Source: an uncultured Methanosarcinaceae archaeon
Lineage (GTDB): Archaea > Halobacteriota > Methanosarcinia > Methanosarcinales > Methanosarcinaceae
Direction of reading: 5' to 3'
Assembly (NCBI GenBank): GCA_963847185.1
Contig: CAWJYV010000008.1
Coordinates: 704,001-768,000, forward strand
Length of the DNA stretch: 64,000 nucleotides
The position numbers were made by a program, and so were the translations under genes. Of this stretch, positions 51,610 to 63,111 are shown one piece after another (position 1 is the stretch's first letter; the number at the start of each line of letters is the position of its first letter). The notes beneath the pieces are model-generated. The model did not search any database, had not been told where the DNA came from, and saw only the letters and a program-made list of their open reading frames with translations.

Positions 51610-54048
51610 TTACTTTGCTGGGATTCTCATTCCGTAGAATGAACGCCATACAAAGAATAAAGCAACCAGAAGGAAGAAACCGCCTACATACGGAGCCACA
51701 TTTCTGAATGACTCGGATATAGCGATTTCCATTGCCAGTAAACCAAACAGGGTGGTGAATTTTATTATCGGGTTCAGGGCAACGGATGAAGTGTCTTTAA
51801 ATGGATCACCTACGGTATCTCCCACGACTGTTGCTTCATGTAAAGGTGTACCTTTTTCCTGCAGGTCCACTTCCACCACTTTTTTGGCATTGTCCCAGCA
51901 TCCGCCGGCATTGGCCATGAACACGGCCTGGAATAACCCAAACACTGCGATGGAAATCAGGTAAGACACGAACAAAGATACGGAGTCATTGCTTTTTACG
52001 GGGGCTGAAAGGCAAGAGAATGCCAGGGTAAATGAGAAGATGGCGATAAATATATTGAACATACCCTGCTGTGCATACTGGGTACAGATCTTTACCACTT
52101 CTTTTGATTTTTCCGTAGATGCTATCTGGCTGGCATTTTCGTCCAGCTGGATGTTCATCTTGATATATTCAACCGCACGGTATGCTCCGGTAGTTACAGC
52201 CTGCGTTGATGCTCCGGTAAACCAGTAGATCACAGCACCGCCGGCTAAAAATCCGAAGATGGTATAGGGATTGAGCAAGGTCAAAATTTGTTCTGGTGCT
52301 ACTCCAAGAACGTCCTTAATAACCAGAACCAGGGAGAAGATCATGGTTGTAGCGCCGACAACGGCTGTACCTATTAAGACTGGCTTGGCTGTAGCTTTAA
52401 ACGTATTTCCTGCTCCATCGTTTGCTTCCAGATAATGTTTGGCTTTATCGAAATCCGGTTTGAAGCCAAACTCCTTCTGGATCTGCTGGGATACATTAGG
52501 AATTGATTCTATCAGCGAAAGCTCGTAAATGGACTGAGCGTTATCTGTTACAGGTCCATAACTGTCAACAGCTATTGTAACAGGACCCATTCCAAGCATT
52601 CCAAAAGCTACAAGGCCGAATGCAAATATGGAGGGATAGATCATTATCTCGCTCAGGCCGAATCCGCTGGCGTAATAGGCAACAAACATCAGTGCCAAGA
52701 ACACCATGCCGATCCAGAATGCGCTGAAGTTACCTGCAACTAATCCGGAAAGGATGTTCAGGGAAGGACCGCCTTCACGGGAAGCTTTAACGACTTCGGC
52801 TACATGCAGTGAGTTAGGGCTGGTAAATATTTTGGTAAATTCGGGAATTACAGCCGCTCCAAGGGTTCCGCAGCTTATAATTACTGAGAGTACAAGCCAG
52901 AGTTTCTCCAATTGGGGAGGGACTCCAGAACCAGGACCTAAAAGTAAATAGCTTACTGCAAAGGTTACTACGATAGAAAGAATAGAGGTAATCCATACCA
53001 GGCTTGTCAGGGGCTGCTCAAAATCGAAATCATCTTTGTTGCCAAATCTTACCTGGCTTAATGTTCTGTTGATATAGAAAGATACTACTGAGGTAATTAT
53101 CATAAGTACACGCATGACAAAGATCCAGGTCAGCAGGATACCTGTCAGCTCAGGCTGTACAGCCAGAACGATGAAGGAAACAAGGGCTACACCGGTTACA
53201 CCATAGGTTTCGAATCCGTCTGCAGTTGGTCCTACGCTGTCACCTGCATTATCTCCCGTACAGTCTGCAATAACTCCTGGATTACGTGGGTCGTCTTCTT
53301 TTATTCCAAAGACTATTTTCATCAGATCGGAGCCAATATCTGCAATCTTGGTGAATATCCCGCCGGCAATACGTAAGGCACTGGCTCCCAGGGATTCTCC
53401 TACTGCAAAACCTACAAAGCTTGCCCCGGCTAAGTCCCGTGGAACAAACAGCAATATAACTAACATCATTATGAGTTCAACGCAGACCAGAAGCACTCCT
53501 ATGCTCATGCCTGCATCAAGAGCAATATTTAACAGTTTCAGAGGTTTTTTTTCCAGGGAAACAAATGCTGTCCTGCTGTTAGCCAGGGTATTCATGCGAA
53601 TGCCGTACCATGCGACAGTATAGGAACCCAGTATACCTATTATGGCCCAGGCCAGGATAAGCAACACTCCACTAAGAGGTGTTTTCTGCAGGAAACCATA
53701 ATAAAAGGCTATACAAATGCCGATAAAAGCAAATAATATGCACAGTAGTTTGCCCTGCTGGATAAGATAGGTTTTGCAGGTCTCATAAATTATGGCAGCC
53801 ACATTCAGCATTGACTGGTGGGCCCTCATTCTTTTTACCTTTATGAACTGGTAAAAACCGAATATCATGCCTAATACACAGACCAGAATCCCATAGAGCA
53901 ACAAATTATTTTGCTCCGGGCTCAAATTAGGAATCTTAAGAGTCGCCTCACTGGCAGCTGCTATTGCCGGTGTTAGCGACAGCATGGCTAAGCTGAATAG
54001 GCCTTCAACCATTGCCTTGCCCATTCTATTTTTGTTTATGATTTCCAT
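51610..54048 (-). CDS. hppA: membrane-bound ion-translocating pyrophosphatase (long, divergent clade)
   Basis: GGIFTKIADIGSDL, EDDPRNPGVIADCTGDNAGD, DSYGPVTDNA, DGAGNTFKA, GGCWDNAKK and GDTVGDPFKDTS motifs. Confidence 0.95.
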   Translation of the reverse strand: MEIINKNRMGKAMVEGLFSLAMLSLTPAIAAASEATLKIPNLSPEQNNLLLYGILVCVLGMIFGFYQFIKVKRMRAHQSMLNVAAIIYETCKTYLIQQGKLLCILFAFIGICIAFYYGFLQKTPLSGVLLILAWAIIGILGSYTVAWYGIRMNTLANSRTAFVSLEKKPLKLLNIALDAGMSIGVLLVCVELIMMLVILLFVPRDLAGASFVGFAVGESLGASALRIAGGIFTKIADIGSDLMKIVFGIKEDDPRNPGVIADCTGDNAGDSVGPTADGFETYGVTGVALVSFIVLAVQPELTGILLTWIFVMRVLMIITSVVSFYINRTLSQVRFGNKDDFDFEQPLTSLVWITSILSIVVTFAVSYLLLGPGSGVPPQLEKLWLVLSVIISCGTLGAAVIPEFTKIFTSPNSLHVAEVVKASREGGPSLNILSGLVAGNFSAFWIGMVFLALMFVAYYASGFGLSEIMIYPSIFAFGLVAFGMLGMGPVTIAVDSYGPVTDNAQSIYELSLIESIPNVSQQIQKEFGFKPDFDKAKHYLEANDGAGNTFKATAKPVLIGTAVVGATTMIFSLVLVIKDVLGVAPEQILTLLNPYTIFGFLAGGAVIYWFTGASTQAVTTGAYRAVEYIKMNIQLDENASQIASTEKSKEVVKICTQYAQQGMFNIFIAIFSFTLAFSCLSAPVKSNDSVSLFVSYLISIAVFGLFQAVFMANAGGCWDNAKKVVEVDLQEKGTPLHEATVVGDTVGDPFKDTSSVALNPIIKFTTLFGLLAMEIAISESFRNVAPYVGGFFLLVALFFVWRSFYGMRIPAK

Positions 54049-55989
54049 TTAGCCGATCACTTCTCTCTAAATATTTTAAAAAATAAATTGAAATTTGAAT
54101 TATTAAAGCCTCATTTCCGACGAAAGCGTAATCAGTTGTTTTTTATATAAACTTTTTTACTCGTTTAGTCTGGCCGATGTTTTCTCCAGTGATTTTGTAT
54201 ATGAATCCCTTCTTCTTACTAATATTATATGTCTCTTTCTGAAGAGTTCTAAAATAATATATACTGAAATAATCAGCAGGAAATAATTTTTAATAGTATA
54301 AAAAAGAAGAGGCTGAATTTAAAAAGATTTTTCGGCATTAATTGTGAGAAATTGAAAGTTTTGATCAGTTGTGAAAGAAGCTCGGCAAGGAATATTATAA
54401 AAAAGTTAACTTATTACTCTGCGTGATTGTATTCTATAGCCTCAGCTAGAATTATCATCTGTCTCTCTAAAATTGACAGCCCCAGCTCTCTAACTCTTTC
54501 CACTACCGTTGATTACCAGTATTGTAAATCTTAATTGGCTTTAGCTTTACCTCTATAGCATCTTTCAGTTATGTCTAAAGCCATAGAATTATGGTCCTGT
54601 TGTTTTTCATTAGGTTCATTGATCCTAGATACTAATCCTGAGGCATTGATCCATTTTCTGATAATTCAAACGATGTCTAAAATTTTCAGCCAGAAGAAAG
54701 AGTTTTCCAGAACACACAAACTTGATGCTGCAGATATTTTTTAGGTACGGAAGGATCTTACAACATGCTTTATTTCCTTAGCTCGACTTGATTTGCGCTT
54801 TTTTCCATGTAGCATTGCAGCAGCTTTGATCATATCGATTTTGATGTGCATATGCGTACGGTTTATTGTCGGTGAAGTTCTTTTATCTCTTTCTTACTAT
54901 GCTCTTTTGGCCGTGTCGGAAATGTGGCACTTGAGCTTGTTTGAAGTGACGAGGTAGTGTAAGAGATAAAATATCAATTAAAAGGCAAAGATCTTGGCTG
55001 CGGAAATATAGTGCAAGTGCAACATACTGTGCTCTGAAGAGTTGATAGTTTGGGTGCCTGCAGATGTGCTGCACCTGCTCTTATTCAGATCTTATTTTCC
55101 CCATGAAACATTCCTGCAGGTTCTGAGGCTTCAGTTTCATGATCGGCAATGTCGGATGCAGGAGTGTCAGGGGAAATGAAGATATTTATTGAGACCGGAA
55201 ATCCTGATACAAAGAGCTGGATACTTAAAAGTTCAGGCCGGCAGTCAGGTCTCACATAATTCTTAAGCATTGTGGAGTTGTTTTTGCACTCTGTTTGTGG
55301 TCCGGGTTTTTCTCTTCCTTTCTTGCTTTCTATTTTTTTTCAAAATTGTGCCCTGTTTTCTGATCTTTTCTCGATTTTTATCATCATACAGCAGGCACTG
55401 TATCCTTCTTCCTGTAGTCCTCAAAAATTTTTCGGCCATTGGGACTAACTTCTCAAACAGCTGGACTAAATCCAGAAAAGTTTTGGTCATTATTTGTTCA
55501 ACTTTATTTATCCTGGTTCTAGAGCAGAGGTCATAAAAGCATAATCCGAAACTGCAATAACCGGTTGCTTTTCTACAGCCCAAGCTACTTTGAATACACG
55601 GACAAATATTAAGAACAAAAATGTATGGCAATAGCTGTTAACAATCGCTCCGTTCTATCCTTTAAGTAAGCCTCCTCATTACACATAATTAGTTATTCGT
55701 ATAACTATTCACACACTACGAGTTTTATTTTGCATTCCAAAAAGGAATACACTTTCCTATTTGATAGTAATAGACTAAAAAGCTTTCGTTTTTTGGTTCT
55801 GTGAAGTCAGTGGCTGCTAGATCATTTTAGAATTAGCTGTAAAAATTAGGCTACTTTTCTGGAACGTATTTCAAAGTTTGCTCGCTAAAATTCGTCGAAT
55901 TTTTTATGAGAAGTTCTTAATGAATGGTAATTACTAAATCATATAAAATCATTGAAAATAAAATAGTCTTCATATGTTGTAGAAATGCA

Positions 55990-56226
55990 TCATTTTTTCT
56001 GCTCTTTTTTATAAAGTTTGTAATATTCGTGTATGAAGTTAATTAAGACAGCCAATATTGGTAATAAGAAGATTATTAAAACCACTTCAAAGGTTGAGTC
56101 AAAACCAGAATTCGAGACTGAACCTGTACTCGCGACTGAACTGGAATTCAATAAAGCAGTTGAGCTTGAATTTAACACATCGGTTGAATTATTTAATATA
56201 GAGGTTGAATTCAAATCTAATGGCAT
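55990..56226 (-). CDS. small single-pass membrane protein with Asn/Ser-rich N-terminus
   Basis: Repeated LN(S/N) units, one TM segment, basic tail YKKEQKK. Confidence 0.6.
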   Translation of the reverse strand: MPLDLNSTSILNNSTDVLNSSSTALLNSSSVASTGSVSNSGFDSTFEVVLIIFLLPILAVLINFIHEYYKLYKKEQKK

Positions 56227-56334
56227 ACTGTAGTATAAATATTGTAACTATAAAAAATCGACGAGCTCTACAGTTCAGCAAATTTCCTAAAGAAGGTAAT
56301 AGAAAAGTTAAAGTTGAAACAGGTCTGGGAGAGA

Positions 56335-56793
56335 TTAATTAACTCCCTTTACCTGCAGTAACTGGAACTCTATTTCGTCCGGAACTGTGGCAAGGAATAC
56401 AAATGAATTGTACCCGAGTTTTTGAACTTCTTTTATCGCACTTGCCTGGCTTTCGTTCAAATCCCTTGAGTTGCTTACGATACAAAAGGATTTTCTGTTT
56501 CCTGTGTTGACAAGGAAATTAAATACATTTCCGTGGGTATTCAGGAATGCAACCAGGTTCTTGAGTTCATCCCAGGTATTGCACATATGGATGTTTCTGG
56601 ACCCCATGTTCTCGACATACCAGTCCTTGCTCACATAAGAGTAAGAAGCATACTGTTCGTTCAGTTCATCAAAGGCTTTGATAATTTTATTTATGTCTTT
56701 CTTCAGGTTTACCCATTTCCAGTTTTGTGTAGTGAAATAGCGGGCAGCCACTATTTCAAAAATTGCCTGCTTATCTTCATTTTCGAGTCTCAT
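56335..56793 (-). CDS. conserved hypothetical protein
   Basis: MRLENEDKQAIFEIVAARYF...; co-oriented directly downstream of the pterin-binding gene; start could be 56808. Confidence 0.75.
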   Translation of the reverse strand: MRLENEDKQAIFEIVAARYFTTQNWKWVNLKKDINKIIKAFDELNEQYASYSYVSKDWYVENMGSRNIHMCNTWDELKNLVAFLNTHGNVFNFLVNTGNRKSFCIVSNSRDLNESQASAIKEVQKLGYNSFVFLATVPDEIEFQLLQVKGVN

Positions 56794-56831
56794 TCTCTCA
56801 CATCTCATATTTCATCTGTATTTCTATTCGC

Positions 56832-58313
56832 TTAGAATGCATCATCCTGGGCATAACTTCTGTTAAAGCGCAGGGCAAGTTCGGCTTTTTCCAGTTCCCT
56901 TCCCAGGTATGCGGCATGGTCCAGGCGGGAAACCAGTTTTAATTCAAGCAGTGTATCCATGACTTCCCTGGCATTTTTCCCTACGATTGAAGCTTTTTCA
57001 TGTTCAGCTACAATTGATCCGCTATTTCCGCTTATACTGTCCGGTACAATTCGGATACGGATAGGACCTTCAGGATCTACACGCCAGTTCTTTGAAGATT
57101 TGGCCCGGATTGTTTTTTCCGGTAGGGGATAGTCGGGTCTCCTGCGTTTTTCTTTAATGCAGAGCAGATCAAGCCCCAGGTCCTTTGGAGAACTCTCCCT
57201 TATTCGAGAAAGCTGCATCATCCAGGAAGCCTTCTTAAGTTCCCTTATGGAGCCCTGTGCCTTGTCGCTGAACTCAGGGGTGAATAGGACACTTGCTCCA
57301 ACTTCTACTCCTATCCCACAAAGTGTAGCATTAACTCCTATGGTATCTACGTCTATAAGTTCCGTAACATTGCCAACGCCGAAAAATACAGGAATCTGAG
57401 GGTAAATCCTGTGGAATTCATGATAACGTACAATGGACTCGGTTATATTATGGCCTATAGGGTCAAGGACAGGATCAGCTATGATTTTCTCAATTCCAAG
57501 GCTGCGGGCAGCTTCAATGTTTCTGATGAGGCTTTCCAGGCTATTCCCTTCATCAGGAATGATAACAGCTGCAATTCCTGCATTGGCAACAATAGGGCCT
57601 GCAGCTTCCATATTAGTGCTGTTCAGGCTCAGGACGAGATCTGCTCCTGCGTCTACTCCTTCTTTTATCAGTTCAGGGTCTAGGGTGTCAATACTTATTG
57701 GAACCAATGTGAGGGTTTTTGCAAGGGATACGGTTCTTCTGACCTGTTCGGGAAGAGTATTGAGTGTAGCTCCTAGATCGATAATATCTGCTCCCCTGGC
57801 GATAAATGCTTCTATTTTTCCCTGAAGCATGGAAGCATCCATTTCCATGGCTCCCACAATCTCTCCCATGACTTTCATGCATGCATTTCCTCCAAGCTTT
57901 ACTTCTCGCAATGTGAGGAATGAGGAAGCTTCTTCCTCTGTTTTTCTTATAAGTTCTATGGCCATTTCTTTTCTTACGTCAGCAAGAAGTTCACATGCCG
58001 GAACTTTTTTGGAGAACTCTGTTTTTTCAGCAAAAGGTAATACAAAACCAAGGTCATAAGCATGCTTTGGACCAAGCCGGATTTTACAAGCCAGTTCCTC
58101 AGAAACTTTTGAAAAATCTCCTGGCACAAGTCCTGGAAGAAGAATAAGATCGTAATTTTTTGGAAGATTTGCTTCTTGAAATGCTCTGATAAGCTTATTT
58201 GGGGTGATAAAGGCGGCAATATCAATATCTACAACTAAGATATCGGCTTTTTCTCCAGCTGCTTTTCTGACTGTGTTTTCCGCAAGCCGTCCCGTTGCTA
58301 CCAAAATATTCAT
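56832..58313 (-). CDS. dihydropteroate synthase-like protein (pterin-binding barrel + DUF4346-like C-terminus)
   Basis: MNILVATGRLAE, GADIIDLG, PISIDT, IIADPVLDP, GNVTELIDVD and LDHAAYLGRELEKAE motifs. Confidence 0.9.
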   Translation of the reverse strand: MNILVATGRLAENTVRKAAGEKADILVVDIDIAAFITPNKLIRAFQEANLPKNYDLILLPGLVPGDFSKVSEELACKIRLGPKHAYDLGFVLPFAEKTEFSKKVPACELLADVRKEMAIELIRKTEEEASSFLTLREVKLGGNACMKVMGEIVGAMEMDASMLQGKIEAFIARGADIIDLGATLNTLPEQVRRTVSLAKTLTLVPISIDTLDPELIKEGVDAGADLVLSLNSTNMEAAGPIVANAGIAAVIIPDEGNSLESLIRNIEAARSLGIEKIIADPVLDPIGHNITESIVRYHEFHRIYPQIPVFFGVGNVTELIDVDTIGVNATLCGIGVEVGASVLFTPEFSDKAQGSIRELKKASWMMQLSRIRESSPKDLGLDLLCIKEKRRRPDYPLPEKTIRAKSSKNWRVDPEGPIRIRIVPDSISGNSGSIVAEHEKASIVGKNAREVMDTLLELKLVSRLDHAAYLGRELEKAELALRFNRSYAQDDAF

Positions 58314-58436
58314 GTTTTTTAGATAGAATCTCTAATAAAAAAGCATATCTATTTGAAAGAGTATCGGATAAAAAAGTGTCAGGAGAGAAAAGCTCGAAGT
58401 TTTAAGCTTTAAGTATCGAGCTTTTGCCTGACTGGT

Positions 58437-59615
58437 TTAATTTATGAAGTCTATGATTGACTCGTCATGTCTCTTCCTGAGGGGGCCTGCAGTGTCTCTC
58501 ATTCTGCCGGAAGATGTCATTTTTCCGACTCTACTTTCCTGAACCCTTTCATCCATTCTTGATTCCAGGATTCCGGACCCTGCCTGAGGGCCCAGAATCT
58601 GGGCAGACTGAACCCCCGTCATGATCGCCATTACTCTGACCTTTCCTTCGTAATCATCTCTAATCCGTGCGCCCCAGATAACATTGGCGCTCGAGGAAAG
58701 CTCATATGTGAGCATGGAGGCGATTTCTTCGGCTTCCTTCAGGCTCAGGTCAGGCCCCCCGGTTACGTGAACAAGACTTCCGGTTGCACCTTTGTAGTCG
58801 ACGTCAAGTAAGGGATGGTTCAGGGCAGTTCGCACAACTTCATTACTCTTGTCCTGGCTCTTTGACTCCCCGACAAGCATGACTGCAACTCCTCCGCAGC
58901 TCATAATTGTCCTGATATCAGCGTAGTCAAGGTTTATCAGAGAGGGTACTGTGATTGTTTCTGTGATCCCTTTTACGGTTTCGGCAATCAACTGGTCCAT
59001 CACTGAGAATGCCTGATCAATAGGAAGATTTGGCACGTAATTCAACAGTCTATTATTGTCCAGAACAATAACGGTATCTGCTGCCCTTCGCAGGTCTTCA
59101 AGCCCTTCTTCGGCCTTGAAGATGCGGGCCCTTTCCACTCTGAAGGGGCTGGAGACCATTCCCACGACAATTGCTCCCTGTTCTTTTGCTACTTCAGCAA
59201 CCACTGGAGCAACACCTGTCCCGGTACCTCCTCCCAGACCTGCGGTGATAAATACAAGGTCTGCATCCTTTAATACTTCTTCAAGAGTGCCTCTTGCAAG
59301 TTCCGCAGCTTTCTTTCCCATCTCAGGATAACCGCCTGCTCCCAATCCTCTGGTGAGAGTTTTTCCTACCAGGATCTTCTTGTCAGCCCTGACGTTATCA
59401 AGGTGCTGCTTATCTGTGTTGATACAAACGGTTTCTGCACCTTCGATTCCTATATTGTAGAGCCGGTTTACGGTATTGTTCCCGGCACCCCCGCACCCGA
59501 CAATCATGATTCTCGGTTGCCCGAATTCTTCAAATTCGTCATCAGAGGAGGCATTTTTTCTATATTCCTTCTCTTTTTCGCTGAATTTCATTGCTTCCTG
59601 TACTATAGATTGCAA
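58437..59615 (-). CDS. ftsZ: cell division protein FtsZ
   Basis: [22 protein letters not shown] tubulin signature, INLDYAD. Confidence 0.98.
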   Translation of the reverse strand: MQSIVQEAMKFSEKEKEYRKNASSDDEFEEFGQPRIMIVGCGGAGNNTVNRLYNIGIEGAETVCINTDKQHLDNVRADKKILVGKTLTRGLGAGGYPEMGKKAAELARGTLEEVLKDADLVFITAGLGGGTGTGVAPVVAEVAKEQGAIVVGMVSSPFRVERARIFKAEEGLEDLRRAADTVIVLDNNRLLNYVPNLPIDQAFSVMDQLIAETVKGITETITVPSLINLDYADIRTIMSCGGVAVMLVGESKSQDKSNEVVRTALNHPLLDVDYKGATGSLVHVTGGPDLSLKEAEEIASMLTYELSSSANVIWGARIRDDYEGKVRVMAIMTGVQSAQILGPQAGSGILESRMDERVQESRVGKMTSSGRMRDTAGPLRKRHDESIIDFIN

Positions 59616-60501
59616 TTTATCCCCTCGACTGGATTTGTGTCTAATAGTTTGTTTGACTCCCCACCCGTTTATCGGGGGTCACATATCTGTCACTACTTTT
59701 GAGTGGAGTTACTTGATAACTTTAAAAACTAGATAAAAGTTTTTTATCCGTTATCTATAATAAGTTGTCACTCTAGTGAACTTAAACGTTTCGGACATAT
59801 TTAAACAACATGATGGGATTATTTATTAAGTTTAAATAGGTCACCCATAAATCTCATATATGCACTCTTTTCTTTCCTTATCTTTAAATTCTCAACAAGG
59901 AAAGGTTCAATACTGCAATAATATTTATATATAGTAATCCCCTATTTTCTTGAAAGCTCAGTTTTCTCAGAAAGTTTCTCCTGATTATGCAAGTCAGGGC
60001 AGCATTTCTTTCTTATTTTGTAGATTTTTTTGATGCCGCACCAGGCTAGAAGTACTTACCATCTGACTTCAGCTATTCGTTTTTCTTGAGACTTTCATTT
60101 ATTACTCTTTACAATTTAATGAGACTGTTTATATTATTACTTTTAAGTTGAATTCTCCTCTTAAAAACTTTTTCGGTATCATTCAAAGATTTCGAGGCTT
60201 TTGATTAATTTTTTGCGCAGTCTGACTGTAAATATATCTGAATGTTTATATATTTACAATCTTTTATTGCCAATTTCTTCTTTTTTATATATTTTTTTAA
60301 TCCGAAGTTCCAAAATTAATTCATATGGATATATGCATAAGAATATTATTCAATTTTTCGGAAAAATATAATCAATAACCGTTTGAATATTTTATTATGT
60401 TTTAGAGTGTCGGGAAACCTTTAAAGCTGTAAACCGTTTTTAACTTGATTCTTAACATTTTGGTTTAAAATCTTTTAATTCTTTATATTGGAGTTAGAAA
60501 C

Positions 60502-61164
60502 GTGTTGAAGGCATTAATTTTCGATATGGATGGCGTTCTCGTAGACTCTATGCCCTTCCATGCAGCAGCCTGGAAGAAGGCTTTTCTCGATATGGGTATG
60601 GAAATTAAAGATGAGGATATCTATGAAATTGAAGGTTCAAACCCTCGAAATGGGCTTCCCCTACTTATCCGAAAAGCCAGAAAAGAACCTGAAATATATG
60701 ATTTTGAGAAAATCACTTCAATCTACAGGCAGGAGTTTGGAAGGATCTTTGAACTTAAAAGTTTTGAAGGCATGAAAGAATGTCTTGAATTGCTTAAAAC
60801 TCGTTTTCTGCTTTCTGTAGTCTCAGGTTCGGACCGTTTGATCGTTCATAGCATTGTTGGTCAACTTTTCCCTGGCATTTTCGATATTGTGGTCACAGGA
60901 GACGACGTCAAAAACTCAAAACCTGCTCCTGATCCTTTTCTAAAAGCAGTAGAACTCCTAAAAATCCGAAGAGAAGAATGTATCATTATTGAAAACGCCA
61001 TTCTGGGCGTGGAAGCTGCAAAAAGGGCTGAAATTTACTGCATAGGAGTTCCCACTTATCTGGAACCTTCACAGCTTGACAGAGCAGACATTGTACTGGA
61101 TGATCACAAAAAGCTAATGGAACATCTTCTCAGCCTTGAGTCTTCACTCAGCTTCAGGACATAA
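60502..61164 (+). CDS. HAD-superfamily phosphatase (beta-PGM-like)
   Basis: FDMDGVLVDS, KPAPDPF and IENAILGVEAA motifs. Confidence 0.93.
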   Translation: MLKALIFDMDGVLVDSMPFHAAAWKKAFLDMGMEIKDEDIYEIEGSNPRNGLPLLIRKARKEPEIYDFEKITSIYRQEFGRIFELKSFEGMKECLELLKTRFLLSVVSGSDRLIVHSIVGQLFPGIFDIVVTGDDVKNSKPAPDPFLKAVELLKIRREECIIIENAILGVEAAKRAEIYCIGVPTYLEPSQLDRADIVLDDHKKLMEHLLSLESSLSFRT

Positions 61165-61197
61165 AAAAATTTCAAAAAAGTGTGGCCCCCTGGAGGG

Positions 61198-63111
61198 TCA
61201 CAGTAATCTAACAGTTTCCAGGTTTGTAAGAGCTCTGGTCTCAATCTTGAGTTTCTTGTATATAGAACTTGCCAGGTCGACACAGGCTTTTTCATCCCCG
61301 TGTTCCGTGAACACTCTTTCAGGACGGGGTTGCATTTTCTTTATGTACTCCATAAGCTGTCTCCTGTCTGAGTGTCCTGAGAAGCCGTCTACGACCTGCA
61401 CTTCCATATTCATTTTAAGTATCTCTGTGCCCCCGCCTTTTCCTGGCATGGGGATTTCCTTCCATCCTTTCTGGATCCTGCGTCCTACAGTCCCATCTGC
61501 CTGGTACCCTACAAATACAAGGGTATTTCGGGGGTCTTCGGCAAAGGCTTTGAAGTAATCCATAACCGGTCCTCCGTTCATCATGCCTGAAGTAGAGAGA
61601 ATTACACAGGCGTGAGGATTCTGAATTATCTTCTGGCGAGCTTCGTGAGAGTCAACAGGTTTGAAGCATTCGGAAAGGAAGGGATTCTGGCCTTTCTGGA
61701 AGATCAATTTCCTCAGGTCATTGTTCAGGTATTCAGGATGTGTCGCATGGATTGCAGTTGCTTCCATGATCATTCCATCCAGGTAGACCGGGACCTCAGG
61801 AATCAAACCTTTCCTTATAGACTCTTCGAGCACTATCATTACTTCCTGGCTTCTACCTACAGCAAAAGCAGGGATTAGGGCGATTCCTCCACGTTCTACT
61901 GTGTTCTTGACTACCATTTGCAGATGTCTTTCCGCGTCTTTAAGCGCAGGCTGGAAAGCATTGGCGTTTCCATAGGTAGCCTCGCTGACCACAGTTTCAA
62001 CTCTCGGGAATTTATTTACAGCAGGATCAAAAAGCCTGGTTTTCTCGTATTTGTAGTCTCCCGTAAAGACTACGTTATGAAGCCCGTCTCCGATATGGAA
62101 GTGGGAAATTGCCGAGCCAAGGATATGACCTGCGTTGTGGAAAGTCAGCTTGATATCAGGCGAAATATCCGTTACTTCTTCGTAGTCCAGAGGAATCGTG
62201 TGCTTGAGAGTTTTTGTTATCATTCCTGATTCGTAGGGAATCTTCTTCCCTTCTTTTGCTGCCACGTCGATATAGTCTAGCTGGAGCAAAACCATCAGGT
62301 CTCTTGTGGGAGGCGTGCAATATACAGGGCCTTCATATCCATATTTGAAAAGCAGAGGGACAAGTCCCTGATGATCCATGTGTGCATGAGTAACTATCAC
62401 GGCATCTATCTGGTTTAAGGGAAAAACTTCAGGAACATAAAGATAAGGAGTCATGTTTTCGTCCGAGCCTACGTTGACTCCGCAGTCGATCAGGATTCTG
62501 GACTCTGGAGTTGAAAGCAGGAAACAGCTCCTTCCAACTTCTTTGCATCCCCCAAGAGATGTAACTCTTACCCACTGATCTTTAGAAGTACACTCTCTGT
62601 GAATTTTCCTCCCCACGGACTTAAGGATTTCTTTTCTTTCTCTGAGGTTGTTCTTCATGAATTCCCGGATATTTTTTACTGTACGGGATTTAATCGGAGG
62701 AGTCCTGACAACTTTTGGAATCCAGCCGATTTGTTTTGTAATCTCTCTAAGGGTCGCTCCGTGCTTTCCTATCACAAGGCCCGGTTTTTCGGCTTCAATA
62801 ACCACTTCTCCGGAATCGGGGTCAAAATAGTAGCTTGAGATTACTGACTCTTTTGGAACAACTTCTTCGATTATAGAAATAGAGTCCTCGGGAGTTGCAA
62901 GTACTCTTGGATCCGGGCGCATAGCTATCCTTGTCCTGAGCTCTTTTGCCAGGTTGCGAATGATGTTCCCGTCATCTGCGAATTTGCGGGGCTCTTCAGT
63001 GTATAACACAAGTTGAGGGCCCTCGAATTCTACATCAGTAATTGTAACTCCTGAGGGTAAATTTTTCTCAATTTTATGTTTGAGGTCTAATAGCACGTCT
63101 TCAATAGGCAT
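61198..63111 (-). CDS. fttA: KH-domain beta-CASP ribonuclease aCPSF1 (transcription termination factor FttA)
   Basis: KH domains (GLVIGKHG), LGGCKEVGRS, THAHMDH, AGHILGS and FSGHSD motifs. Confidence 0.96.
   Translation of the reverse strand: MPIEDVLLDLKHKIEKNLPSGVTITDVEFEGPQLVLYTEEPRKFADDGNIIRNLAKELRTRIAMRPDPRVLATPEDSISIIEEVVPKESVISSYYFDPDSGEVVIEAEKPGLVIGKHGATLREITKQIGWIPKVVRTPPIKSRTVKNIREFMKNNLRERKEILKSVGRKIHRECTSKDQWVRVTSLGGCKEVGRSCFLLSTPESRILIDCGVNVGSDENMTPYLYVPEVFPLNQIDAVIVTHAHMDHQGLVPLLFKYGYEGPVYCTPPTRDLMVLLQLDYIDVAAKEGKKIPYESGMITKTLKHTIPLDYEEVTDISPDIKLTFHNAGHILGSAISHFHIGDGLHNVVFTGDYKYEKTRLFDPAVNKFPRVETVVSEATYGNANAFQPALKDAERHLQMVVKNTVERGGIALIPAFAVGRSQEVMIVLEESIRKGLIPEVPVYLDGMIMEATAIHATHPEYLNNDLRKLIFQKGQNPFLSECFKPVDSHEARQKIIQNPHACVILSTSGMMNGGPVMDYFKAFAEDPRNTLVFVGYQADGTVGRRIQKGWKEIPMPGKGGGTEILKMNMEVQVVDGFSGHSDRRQLMEYIKKMQPRPERVFTEHGDEKACVDLASSIYKKLKIETRALTNLETVRLL

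Noticed and set aside
59700-60480. Small ribbon-helix-helix (cdrS-like) gene upstream of ftsZ
   Set aside because: No suitable minus-strand ORF seen in the part read by hand; the region is AT-rich promoter-like DNA
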